Program-made: the position numbers and the translations under genes
Part shown: in pieces, positions 1-12,477 of the stretch
Numbering within the stretch: the first letter of the stretch is position 1
Layout of the letters: each line of letters opens with the position of its first letter
The notes under the pieces: generated by a model
Seen by the model: only the letters and a program-made list of their open reading frames with translations
Database searches by the model: none
Told to the model about the DNA's origin: nothing
Source: Octopus sinensis
Taxonomy: Eukaryota
Assembly (NCBI RefSeq): GCF_006345805.1
Contig: NC_043005.1
Coordinates: 9,362,001 to 9,426,000, forward strand
Reading direction: 5' to 3'
DNA: 64,000 nucleotides

Positions 1-3000
1 ATCCTATGCTATTACCCCAGTGCACAATTCCCCACATTGCTGCCACTAACACACACACAAAAATCCAAGCCCCCTGCAACAGTCAAAACCAGCCACTACA
101 CTAACCTCCACATTCCTACTCAATGCACAAGGTGTCAGCCCTTCCATCAATGCACAAAAATGGAAGGGCCAATTCATTGAAGACTGGGTTGGTAACCATT
201 CACACCACATCCCTTTCTTCATTCTCACTGAGACCCACCTTGACAACTCCCACTTGGAAGCCGAAGTGAGAGTGAAGAATTTCACAACCATCCGCGCGGA
301 TCGTATCGGCAGAGAGGAAGGGTGGAACTGCCATTTTCCTGCATGATTCATTTACGGCAGATGGAAATAGTATATTCTCCAACGGCTACTGTGAATCAGT
401 CACCGTGCACAACAAAGCCAATGACCTGACAGTAATTGGGCTCTATAGGCCGCCCCAAACACCCATACTGTGCTTTAAAGAATGCCTCAACGGCATTAAG
501 TGCTTTATTCAACAGTGCCATTCTAGCAACATACTCATGATGGGAGACTTCAATCTACCCTGTGTTGACTGGACTACAAACTGTTTGAAACCAAGCACTC
601 CCGCCTCAACCGCTGACAAAGAAGCAGCAGAGTCACTTTTCGACTTTACGAATGAGTTTTTCTTGTCCCAACTTGTCCTTGCACCAACAAGACATCAGAA
701 CATTTTGGACCTAGTGTTTAGTAACCACACTAACACTATACATAACGTTACAGTGGAAAAAACCTTCTTTCAGACCATGACATGGTTCTCTGTAACATGA
801 AATTCCACCAGCCGAAAGCTAATCCTAGTGACCTTCCTCCAGCCCACCCATTGACAACATGGATCTCCATAATGCCAACTGGGATGCAATCAGGAACGAG
901 CTATCACATGTTGACTGGTCCTTTACACATACACACATCTCCACCAACCATAAAACATCTTGGCAGATCTTTGTAGACACCGTCACAGACATATGTGCAA
1001 AACACTCCCCACCAAGACCTGTGAACAAAAAGTGCAGAATCCCCCAAAACAGAAAAACCATTATCAGAAAAATAAAAAGAAAAAAAAAAAAATTAACAAA
1101 CTAAAGTACTGCCAAGAGCAACACACACATTCGACGGCTATCGCACTGCTTGAATCCAAAAAATATAACCTCCAACAATGCATGCATGAAGACCCTCATC
1201 AATAACCAAAGATCAGCTGAGGAGAAGTGGGCCATTGAAAAAATCAAACTCAACCCCAAAGTGTTCTTTTCATTTGCGAGGAAACGCAGGGTCACTGTCT
1301 CCACTGTAGGCCCTCTAATTGACGAAACTGGCACTCTCCAAGATAATGCCAAATCCATGGCCGAGATACTGCAGAAACAATACTGCTCTGTTTTCAGCAA
1401 TCCTGATATGGCCGATCTGGGCTGTATCAGTGATGTCAACCCCCAACACACTATATCGGACATAACGTTTAGTGCCCCTGATGTGTTAGCGGCGATAAAC
1501 GAAATAAAACACAATTCAGCAGTAGGCCCCGATAGGTTCCCTGCTTGTGTCCTGAAGGTGTGTCGACACCAACTTGCATCTCCCCTTGCTAATCTGTGGA
1601 GAAACTCACTGGATGCTGGCTATATTCCAAAAAACCTTCTGTCCCAGTCTGTTGTCCCAGTTTTCAAAAAGGGAAACAAGTCCCTTGCAGTGAATTACCG
1701 TCCGATCTCACTCACCTCTCATATCATCAAGGTATTTGAGAGGGCGGGGCGGTGAGATCTCGAATAACCCAATTTCTGGAAAGCAACAGACGGCTGATCT
1801 CCAACCAACATGGGTTCCGTAATGGAAGGGACTGCCTAACGCAGCTCCTGCATCACTTTGAGGACATTTTGAGAGCTTTGGGAGAGGGCTCCAACACCGA
1901 TGTCATCTACCTTGATTTCAGTAAGGCCTTCGACAGGGTCGATCACAAGATCCTATTGAAAAGACTATCCAACATTGGTGTCTCTGGAAAGTTACTGAAA
2001 TGGATCAAGTGTTTCCTGACAGACAGATCTCAACATGTTGTAGTTGAAGGGGTAAAATCAAGCCCAGCCAAAGTCAGTAGTGGCGTTCCGCAAGGCACTG
2101 TGCTGGGCCCACTTCTTTTCATCATTTACATTAATGACATTAATGACATCATCAAGCACAGCAACATAAAAATCTTTGCAGATGACTCCAAGCTACAGAA
2201 GGTCATAAATGAGGCGAGTGACCGGACATGCCTTCAGTCAGATCTACTGGCTGTTATCCAATGGGCAGAAAAAAACAATATGCTGCTGAACGAGGATAAA
2301 TTTGAGCTAATCCACTTTGGAAAAGAGGATGCCCTGAAACTCCCATACTCCCTTCCTTCAGGTGAAACTCTCGCGGCGTCCAACAACATCAGAGACTTGG
2401 GAGTAATTGTGGACAACAACATAAGCTGGGCCACTCATATAAACACCAAAGTTGACATGGCCCGCAGAATGTGTTCCTGGATTCTCAGAACTTTCCAGTC
2501 GAGAGATATCCACACCATTATCCTTCTCTTCTCCACTTTTGCCCGACCCCACCTTGAATACTGTTGTCCACTGTGGTCTCCCCACACAATACAAGGTATC
2601 ATAAAAGTTGAAGCACCTCAAAGGGCAATCACAAAAAAGATAGATGGCATGACAGGCCTCGACTATTGGGGTCGACTAGAAAAGCTAAAACTTTATTCTC
2701 TCCAACGTCGTCGTGAGCGCTACATCATCTGCATGATGTGGAAAATATTCCATCAGCATTGCCCAAATGATGTTGGCATCACCTTTAAGGTACATCCAAG
2801 GCTTCGGCCCCGTGCCATCCGCCCAAAACAAAAATCGCACTCTCATCTCATAACAAAAATACGGCACAATTATTCACCTCAATTGGCCCCGCTCTCTTTA
2901 ACATTACACCAAAACACATTAAAACAGAAACTGACCCTATAGGGTTCAAGAAGTCTTTGGACAGATTCCTTCAAGAAATCCCGGATAATAACCCCCTACA

Positions 3001-3153
3001 CCCGGATATGTCTCTGTAAACAATAACTCTCTACTTGAGTGGGCCATAGTGCCCAAATTCTGACTTGAAAGACTTCACCAGGTGGTGCTATTAAGTTAGA
3101 CATGGCCTGGGCAATAATGGCCGAAACCTATCAAAGTATCAAAGTATCAAAAG
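1..3153 (+). mobile_element. CR1/L2-group LINE, ORF2 region (APE endonuclease + reverse transcriptase), frameshifted, 3' end intact
   Basis: APE motifs ILTETHL, IRADR, GLYRPP, MGDFNLP, ILDLVF; RT lead-in SAVGPDRFP, PVFKKG, NYRPISLTS; RT motifs QHGFR, IYLDFSKAFDRVDH, GVPQGTVLGPLLF, FADD. Ends in the tandem tail (AAAGTATC)n at about 3129-3153. Several frameshifts (about 320, 780-860, 1100-1150, 1750, 2880-2940). Confidence 0.95.
1752..2942 (+). pseudogene. Reverse transcriptase segment of the CR1-type LINE ORF2
   Basis: 396 aa ORF carrying the non-LTR RT motifs above plus C-terminal RPHLEYCCPLWSPH and LYSLQRRRER. It is disconnected from the upstream APE by frameshifts. Confidence 0.93.
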
Positions 3154-3173
3154 TATATATAATATATATATAC

Positions 3174-3586
<413 letters not shown>

Positions 3587-3588
3587 TA

Positions 3589-3619
<31 letters not shown>

Positions 3620-3982
3620 GCGGTTGCTTTTTGATCAAATTTTTCTCCATATTCTGCTTAATATGTGTGTGTGTGTGTGTGTGCGCGCGCGCGTGCGTGT
3701 GTATGTGTGTATTGTAAAATGTGTGAAAACGGAGACAGTGCCAATGTTGCATTGTTTTAATCCACCAAAATTACATGTTGACATTCCTGGTGTCTCATAG
3801 TATGACCATGGAAAATTTGATTTCATTAGGTTGAGCCGTTTGGGAATGCATTTGGAACAGTGATACAACGGTTTATGTATATATAGTTTAGAATATTAAA
3901 TTGATAAGAACTAACAGTTAAGTCATTGTTTTCATTCTTCGAAGACACACCCACACATTTATATGTACACACAAACATACAC

Positions 3983-4114
<132 letters not shown>

Positions 4115-4127
4115 ATATACATTCGCC

Positions 4128-4305
4128 ATGACAGATCGCTAGCCACTACACATTCTTTACTTTCTCTCCTTGTTTCTTTCTGTTCTTTTTTGTGGAAGGG
4201 CGTGGGCTTGAAACGGTAAAGACGTTTTCACTTCCCGACCGATATACAAATACATCTGTTGTCTAAACTACCTGTCTTCGTCTTTATTTTATTTTGGGAA
4301 TTCTC
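4128..4305 (+). mobile_element. Degenerate PLE-type pseudo-LTR fragment
   Basis: Resembles the 3289/53220 family, including a decayed hammerhead (TTGTGGAAGGGCGTGGGCTTGAAACGGTAAAGAC). Related to the reverse-strand copy at about 32288-32435. Sits in (TA)n. Confidence 0.6.
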
Positions 4306-4334
4306 TTTGTATACATACATACATATATACACAC

Positions 4335-4401
<67 letters not shown>

Positions 4402-4552
4402 ATACATATAATATACATATATATGTATATATATATATATGTTTGTATATATGTGTTAGTGTATATATATATATATATATGCAGCTATATACATGAATAT
4501 GTATGTATGCATATATATATTATATATATATATATATAAGTATTTGAATATA

Positions 4553-4745
4553 ATGTGTGTCCCACACCACCGCTTCTCAACATTTGTTGGCATGTATACA
4601 ACCCGTAACCAAGATATTCGGCAAAAGAGATCAATAGAATAAGTCCCATTAAAAAATAGTAGTGGGGTCGATTCATTCAATGAAGAAATATTCAAAGCTG
4701 TGCCCCAGCATGGCCGCTGTCTAATACCTAAATCAAGTAAAATAT
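4553..4745 (+). mobile_element. Old 3' half of the abundant tRNA-derived SINE (family 1)
   Basis: Diverged match to the family 3' region ...GGGGTCGATT...GTGCCCCAGCATGGCCGC...AAGTAAAA. Confidence 0.65.
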
Positions 4746-5397
4746 ATCAGATAATATATATTGCAAGCACCTTTTCAGTGATTTTCAATTAGACTTACAT
4801 AGTCTCTACCTCATCATCTTCTTGCATACACAATACGTATCGAAATACATTTAATGAAAATTCTGAACGAAAACGCTCGCACTTCCTTCATGTTCAGAGA
4901 AAAGCAGAAACAATACTTCTAAGCTCAGAACATTCTTCAAGTATATGTACTTGAAGGCACACTGCCATACGTCCTCTCAATGTTATGATTTATGAGACGC
5001 ATTAGTTTATTAAGCCGTATTTCCGTAGATATTAGAGAAACAAAATGCTATATAAGCTTGTTGAACATATTCTCGCAAAATATTCATATATCCAGACAAT
5101 TAGATTGACAGCTTGCCACATGAGTATTAACAGTATTTTTCACTTGAAGTTCAAATAAGTTGTTTTTGCAAAAGACACGTATAACTGGAAAGTAATGCTG
5201 TATCATCACTAACGGACTGTAAACTTCACATATTCAGAGACATACTTACATAAATACACATACAAACACAAATATTTACACACACACACACACACACATA
5301 TAGGCGCATGCGTAGCTGTGTAGTAAGAAGCTTGCTTCTTAACCAAACGGTTCCATGTTCACTCTTGCTGTGTGGCACCTTGGGCAAATGTCTTTTA

Positions 5398-6655
5398 TTA
5401 GGTTGTCAAGAAAGTTCTTGCGCAATTTTAAATCATGTTTTTAAAGGATGTATTTTCAAATTAATTATCGTTAAACGACTTTCAGTCATTTTAAAGCTCA
5501 TTGTTCGCTATATCGAATCGCCTGACACTTTTTCTATTTTGATAATTACGCCATTTTTTCCCGGAACGTTGAATACAACATGGACAAAAAGCAACTTCGC
5601 AGAATTTTCTTATTCCAGTTCAAGCTAGGCCAAAAAGCTGCTGAAATAAGCTCGCGGTATCAACGATGCGTTTGGCTCAGGAAACACTAATGAACGTACA
5701 GAACAATGGTGGTTCAAGAAAATTCGTAGCGTTGACGAGGGTTGAAGATGATAAGCGTAGTGGTTAGCCATCGGATGTTGACCACGATCAAATAAATGCC
5801 TTATTCGAAGCTAATCCATGCACAACTGTTCGAGAGCTTGCTTCTGAATTAGACGTAACCTATACGACAATTTCCAACCACTTGAAATAGATTGGAGAAA
5901 AAAATCCTCGAGAACTGAGTACCGCATGAATTGAACGACAACCAAAACAATAAAAACGCTGTTTTGAAGTATCGTCTTCCCTTCTTTCCCAACAAGGACG
6001 ACCCGTTTCTCAACCGGATTGTGATTTACGATGAAAATTTGTTTCTTTACGACAACCGGCGACGCTCAGCTCAGTGGTTGGACGTCGACGAAGCTCCAAG
6101 GCACTTCCCGGAACCAAAGTTGCACCAAAAAGAAGGTCATGGTGACTGTTTGGTGGTATGCGGCCGGTCTCATCCGTCACAGCTTTTTGGATCTAGGCTA
6201 AACCATTACGGCGGAGAAGTACTCTCAGCAAATGGATGAAATGCATAAAAAAACTCCGACAACAGCAGCCAGCATTGGTCAATAGAAAAACACCTATTCT
6301 TCTCCACGACTACGCTCGGCCGCACGTGCACAACTGACCCTGCAGAAGTTGAACGAACTGGGCTACGAAACTCTGCCACATCCACCATACTTACCAGACG
6401 TCTCGCCTACCGACTACCACTTTTTCAAGCATCTCAACTTTCTGCGTGAGAAATGCTTCAAAAATCAAGACAAATGCCAAACATGTCTTCAACGAATTCA
6501 TGGCCAAACAGAACGCAGGAGGTTTACGCTACTGTCATAAATAAACTCGTTTCGCGTTGGCAAAAGTGTGTTGGATTCTGATGGTGGTTTTTCGATTAAT
6601 AAAGTTTTGTTTGAGCCGAGATATGTGCATCTGGATTAAAAGGTTAAAAAACGCC
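5398..6655 (+). mobile_element. Mariner (D,D34D) DNA transposon, decayed, right TIR lost
   Basis: TA followed by the left TIR TTAGGTTGTCAAGAAAGTTCTTGCG, then a transposase remnant. No matching right TIR is present. Confidence 0.92.
5580..6599 (+). pseudogene. Mariner transposase pseudogene (Hsmar1/SETMAR-like)
   Basis: MDKKQLRRIFLFQFKLG start; *VPHEL (WVPHEL); FLNRIVIYDENLFLYDN; LLHDYARPH; HPPYLPDVSPTDYHFFKHL. Multiple stops and frameshifts. Confidence 0.92.
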
Positions 6656-6712
6656 AGGGCCAAGGGATTTATAGTCAGAACCGAAAGAAGCCTGTTGTAT
6701 GTATGTATGTAT

Positions 6713-6785
<73 letters not shown>

Positions 6786-7153
6786 AATCTCTGTGTGTGC
6801 ATGTCTGTGTTTGTCCCCCACCACCACTTGACAAGCGGTGTTGGTGTGTTTACGTCCCCATAACTTATCGGTTTGTCAGATGTGACCCATAAGTTTAAGT
6901 ACTAGGCTAAACGACTAAATCAAATTGCTCAAAGTGGTGCTCCATCATGGACGCACTCTAATGAATGAATGAAACAAGTAAAAGGTGAAAGATAAAAGAC
7001 ATGTACACACATACCTATATATGCATACGTACACTCACAATCACACACACAAATGTGTGCGTTCGTGTGCTAGTGCGTACTCGCGCGCGCGTGTGTGTAG
7101 ATACATACATACATACATACATACATACATAAATACATACATACATACATTAA

Positions 7154-7222
<69 letters not shown>

Positions 7223-8083
7223 TCCTATGCGCATTTTTGTAACTGTGTGAGTATATATGTGTACATCCTGTTGTTAGTGAAATATCGTAAAGAAAATATG
7301 AGGCATTAAGATAAGAAGATTAAACTGCAAATACCATTTATCAGCTATCAGTAGTGTGTCATCTGGGAAATATAGAACTTTAATTAGAAAAACACATATT
7401 TACTATGTCCTTACGAGTCCATAACTATCAGTGCATGAACTTCTCATCATAAATATTTTTCTTGTTCAAATTTACATTGATATCAATATCTCGTTTAGCT
7501 TACATTATCAGAGACATTGATCGATATTTTTCAATGCGATAGAATAGTGTAATTTCAAAGACATTTATAAAAAAAAAAACTATAAATAATAATCAACGAA
7601 ACTCTCGTAATCATAAAAAATACATATCATTACTCACCCCCACCCCAATGAAGAACTTGAAAATTTATAAATTTTTCATATATGAAAACTGTAAAAAACC
7701 TAATTTAACTATATTTATTTATTTTATTAATACGTTAATGATTAGACACTTAAAGTTTAATATATTTCCTCCATACTTCTCTATATTTTTCCAAATATTC
7801 CTTGAATACCTTTATCGTTCTGTGACACACATATATAATCTTTTACACTGCGTCTTGTTTCGGTCATTTGACTGCGGCCATGCTAGAGCACCGCATTAGA
7901 AAATAAAGCTCTATCGACACTGATGGAACTTGAACCGAAAAAATTCGGCTCCGGAAGCAAAAAGCCTTATCCGTTAGGCCAAACTTAAGTGGAATATCTA
8001 TGTTATATATTATATATAGATATATATATATATTATATATATATATATTATATATATATAATATATATATATATTATATATAT

Positions 8084-8157
<74 letters not shown>

Positions 8158-8267
8158 GAGGGAGAGAGAGAGAAAGAAAGAGAAGTTGATAGAAAGATAG
8201 AGAGATAGACAGATAGATTACTAGATGCAGATATAATGAATACATATATATATATATATATATATGA

Positions 8268-8642
8268 CTGTAAATGTAATATGTGACAATTATTCGGCAG
8301 CCAAGATAAAACTCCGAGTTTCGGATGCCGAGGTGGAAATCCACATCAACATCTCTTCAGTTATCTGACCATCGGAAAAACGCTATGAAAAATGAGCGTT
8401 ATACAAAGAGAAATTACTGTGTTATTGACTGTTATTAAGACAAAAGGGCTATTCGAATGACTACTAAGTAAGGTATGGGGTAAAAAGTTCATAGTATTTG
8501 CGTAAGCGCGTCTGTTCATACTTACGCATACATTCATCAACCTTCACTTGAAAACCGTACACATCCTCACTCGCGTCCTTTGCCAAATATATATGCATAT
8601 ATATACAAACCCACACACACACGCGCGCACCGTAAAGGTTCA
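8268..8642 (-). mobile_element. Hammerhead-bearing dispersed repeat (family C), probable PLE-related pseudo-LTR
   Basis: Collinear over about 370 bp with 45350-45750 and partly with 57410-57615. Begins next to (TA)n. Confidence 0.7.
8305..8365 (-). ncRNA. Type I hammerhead ribozyme motif with long stem II
   Basis: Minus strand GATAA-CTGAAGA-GATGTTGATGTGGATTTCCACCTCGGCATCC-GAAACTCGGAGTT-TTATC: stem I GATAA/TTATC, intact CUGAAGA and GAAA core, self-complementary ACTC/GAGT stem III. Confidence 0.7.
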
Positions 8643-8754
8643 GTGACGTCTATTGAGTTAAAAATCATTCTGTGCCGTATGAATATGTCCCTCGTTTAAG
8701 TAACAGATTGGGTTTATTTTCATTTGTGAAGAAAAAAAGATACCCTTCGCCCAC

Positions 8755-8779
8755 CCCTAACCCTAACTAACCCTAACCT
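8755..8779 (-). repeat. Short interstitial telomere-like (CCCTAA)n motif
   Basis: CCCTAACCCTAACTAACCCTAACC inside a ~275 bp spacer bounded by inverted repeats. Confidence 0.6.
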
Positions 8780-9111
8780 TAAAGGGGATTGAAATGCTAT
8801 AGATCGATTCTAGGGCCCTAATTATGGGTGAAAATTCCGTATGACACAGCTAGAAAAAACTTCCGTTCAAACCGAAAAGATCCAATCCTGTTTTTTGTTG
8901 TGCTTGTGCGTATGTATGAACTTTTACGGTGCGTGTGTGTGTGTGGAGGTGGGGTTGTATATATATGCATATATATTTGGCAACGGATGCGAGTGAATTG
9001 TAGATGTAACCATTATATTTGAAGCTATGTGTAAAGAAATATATATTTGAAGCTATGAAATTGTAAAACTATAAGCTGGTCACAGTATTTCTTTTATATT
9101 TTTATTTTTAT

Positions 9112-9580
9112 AACTTAGATAACTTAGATATGTTTCGCCCAAAGATTGGTCCAGGCCATGTCTAACTTAATAGCACCACTGATAGGATTATTCGAATCCT
9201 GTTTAAGTCAAGTTTGTTTCAAAGTAGTGAGTTCTTGTTGGGTGAGTTGTATCCAATTATGGGTGGCTTATCTGGTATTCTTTGAAGGAATCATCAGACC
9301 TCCGTTTAAAGTTGATGGGATCCTTTTCCTCCTTGATCTCCCTCGGGACAATGTTAAATAGGGCAGGGCCTGTTGAGGAAAGAAATTATGTTGCAGTGTA
9401 CATATATGTGTGATCTGAATTGGGCAGGGGACGTAGCCCGTGGTCGCAGTCTTGGATGAACCTTGAAGCTAATGTTAGGTCGTTTGGGCAAAGTTTGCGG
9501 TACATTTCCACATCGTACAAATGATGTACCGCTCACGGCGACGCTGGAGGGAGTAAAGTTTCAAGGCTTTAAGGCATAAT
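9112..9580 (-). mobile_element. 5'-truncated CR1-type LINE 3' end, sister family of the element at 1-3153
   Basis: Minus-strand translation LYSLQRRRER... and FKVHPRLRPRA matches the C-terminus at 2690-2830. The 3' UTR resembles 2940-3130 and ends in an (ATCTAAGTT)2 tail. Confidence 0.85.
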
Positions 9581-9589
9581 TGGAAGAGA

Positions 9590-10690
9590 TACCGATTAAT
9601 AGTTTAGATTTTTAAATTTATTTCAATTATAACTGTTCATTTGTTATAGATTAGATGGACCCGGGTTCTAATGCGAGGAATGTCTGTTCAATCTTTATTT
9701 AATGTCTAATTTATAATCTATATCTTATTAATTTACTTATTGTCAAATAATTCTATTCAGTTTATCTATCTATTTGTATCACCCTAAAAAAAAATAATGA
9801 ATATCTTTATATATTTACTAATCCAAATCTTTATAAGATTTCCTATAATATTTTAAGTTTTTATAAAACCTATGCTTACATGTTAAAAGTGCTTCTGTTT
9901 GACAATTTATTACATTCTTATGTTTATATAATAATATATACAGTGATTCTTTCATACAGAGACGGCAACTATTAGATTTATGCGTGTATGGTTTGGCTGA
10001 ATCTATTATAGACCATTCCAATTTATAGTTAATATTGTTTTTCTTTAGTTTATGTATATACTAGCAGTATCGCCCGGCGTTGCTCGGGTTTGTAAGGGAA
10101 ATAACTATATAAGTATTTTTAGAGATGTAAAGTATAATAGCCATCTCAATATGGCTAACCACAAAGGGGGGGGGGTGTTACTGTAGCTGTTTACGTTCTG
10201 AGATTTAATAGTAAATTCTTAGAGAGTTACTTCCCTTATATAAACCGAGCGAAAATGCATTAAAAATGCGGAAAAATTATGGTAATTTTTGTTTTTAAAT
10301 CTTAGGCTCATCGTAGACGCATGCTAATACCCAGAAGGGCTCGATATGAATCACGACTATAAGATACCCGGTTTTGGTTAAACTGCACCGCAAAATGTGG
10401 GAGTAGTTGGGAATCTAGATCGTAGGAGACAGACAGCAGACAACCTCACTTTTATATATAAAGATATTGTTTTTCTTTAGTTTATGTATATATGTAGCTA
10501 ATGAAGTCGTACTGGTGGCTGTATTTGGCATAAATGAGTGTATATGCGCTAAAAATCTTTGCTTAAAATTAACGAAACTACCTATGTATACCTTACTTTG
10601 TGAATTATTAACTGTTGTAACTCTTCATTTGTATATTACATTAAACCTTCTACAATTGCATTTTAAAGGACATATTTCTTTTATTTTTAC
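9590..10690 (-). mobile_element. Penelope-like element 3' fragment (GIY-YIG endonuclease), interrupted by a Helitron
   Basis: 10680-10465 translates as CPLKCNCRRFNVIYK*...KVYIGSFVNFKQRFLAHIHSF...LATYIHKLKKNN. It continues across the insert as INYKLEWSIIDSAKPY...CRLCMKESLYIL...CKH (10060-9818). Confidence 0.85.
10061..10464 (-). mobile_element. Non-autonomous Helitron
   Basis: Minus-strand 5' TC(TTTATATATAA), subterminal hairpin CCCGAGCAACGCCGGG and 3' CTAG, inserted between A and T. The 3' ~90 bp is shared with 20242 and 28061. Confidence 0.8.
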
Positions 10691-10849
10691 ATGAGCAATT
10701 CTTATATTTATTATAGTATTTATGTTCAGCTATGTTGTATCTACTATTGTTATAGTTATTTTTCAGTGTGTGTTATTATTGTTGAATTAATTGTATTATT
10801 ATTTGTTGTAGAATTAGATTTATTCATTGCTTTTAAATTATTATTATTA

Positions 10850-10928
<79 letters not shown>

Positions 10929-10933
10929 TATTA

Positions 10934-11468
10934 TTGAGTGAGAGAGCAGTTCATGCCATCAAAGTGACACTGGGATAAAATATACGAAGCCAATACACCC
11001 TCATGACTACCGTCTGATAAGGGTACACTAGACACATGCATCACAACCATATGTGCGCGACATGGTGATCTCATATTCAAGATAAACAGTGCATGACCTT
11101 GCAGGTGGAGCCCACTTTGAAACTTTCTTCTGGTCGAATAGCCCATCCCGCTCAAAAGGTCCTGAATAAGGTTTTTAAGGATGTTGAAAGAACCACCCAT
11201 GTTTCCAGAGGTGAACTATTCAAACCCCAAAGAATCCCTCTCAACACATGGCTATGATGCTCCCCCACTATTTCTGCTCGTGATCAGAGACGCACTTATC
11301 GTCAGCCACTAAGGGACATGGTCAACTGGTTAAGGTCAAACAACTGACAAGCAAATCTGTGGTATTGAGCAGAATATTTGCTGTAGCCCATCTTTTATAC
11401 CAAGACAAAACAATATACATGATAACACTTCCAATCAGTTAAGATCAGAAGCCATGAGAGCCACTGCC
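10934..11468 (-). mobile_element. ~535 bp non-coding retroposon embedded in (TTA)n, copy A
   Basis: Highly similar to 58877-59421 and 61007-61546. (TAT)n on both sides. The minus-strand 3' end runs into (TAA)n, and strand is assigned from that tail. Confidence 0.8.
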
Positions 11469-12021
11469 TTTATTATTATTATTATTAATATTATTATTAT
11501 TATTATTATTATTATTACTACTATTGTTATCTTGTGGTGTATTATCTAAGGGATTTTGTATATTTTCACTTGCATTGTATTTAGAATTTTGCTTAGGTTT
11601 TTTTTATATTAATATTATTATTATGTTTATGAATTCCCGTATTATGAGTATTACATATGCTCAGATTATTGGTTCTTGTCTTATCATTATTATTACTATT
11701 ATTATTTTTATCACCATTACCATCACCATCACTATTATTAGTTTTACTTCTTACACATGTTTCGAAGATTTCACTGATATTATTCCAAAGGAATAAATGG
11801 TGTAAAACAGTGTAAACTTCTCTTCAGGGAAGTGAACAAAATGAAACTCGTCAATAAGACATTTTAATAGAAAATGTAAAGCCGAAGTTTCTACCTTTGT
11901 ACCTTTAAAAACAAGGAGTTACAAGCTCTTTACTTGTGTGATGTTTTGCTACCCAGATAACTATTTATCTATTTTTCCGTGTTATGTTAAGTAAGAAGGA
12001 AAATACATTCATCTATTTATG

Positions 12022-12099
<78 letters not shown>

Positions 12100-12189
12100 G
12101 TTATATATATATAATAATATATATATAATATATATATATTATATATATATATATATAATATATATATATATATTATTGTTATATATATA

Positions 12190-12392
12190 TAGTCAATCCA
12201 AACATGAACAAGCAAGAACAAACAACAACGCGAAGACGTGGAATAAGTGCAGTGTTATTGGACGCTCAGGAAAGGAAAGAAAAGAAGAGGGTTTACGCTT
12301 CGAGCGGAGCTCTTCATCAGAAATATAGAAAAGGTCAAAGAAGGGAAGACGGAGAAAGAAAATCGCCAACGATGCACACGCGGTTACATATT
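12190..12392 (-). mobile_element. PLE-type solo pseudo-LTR (family B) in (TA)n
   Basis: Collinear with 28775-28980. Shares GGACGCTCAGGAA with the 3289 family and carries a hammerhead motif. Confidence 0.7.
12292..12323 (-). ncRNA. Minimal hammerhead motif, GAAA mutated to GAAG
   Basis: Minus strand TTT-CTGATGA-A-GAGC(TCC)GCTC-GAAGCGTA-AA: canonical CUGAUGA, perfect stem II, short stem I. Confidence 0.55.
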
Positions 12393-12396
12393 TAAT

Positions 12397-12446
<50 letters not shown>

Positions 12447-12477
12447 ACATATATACATATATACTTGTGTGTACGTC

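Larger units (their letters stand above)
5301..6985 (+). mobile_element. SINE family 1 copy split by a mariner insertion
   Basis: tRNA-like head and CCTTGGGCAAATGTCTT at 5301-5397. The body resumes at about 6660 (GAAAGAAGCC, microsatellite, TGTTTGTCCCCC...GGTGCTCCATCATGG...GAAACAAGTAAAAG). Confidence 0.8.

Noticed and set aside
11380-11468. HDV-like ribozyme or U2 snRNA head at the 5' end of the TAA-embedded element
   Set aside because: No P1 partner strand or nested pseudoknot was found, and the U2 resemblance is only a few bases.
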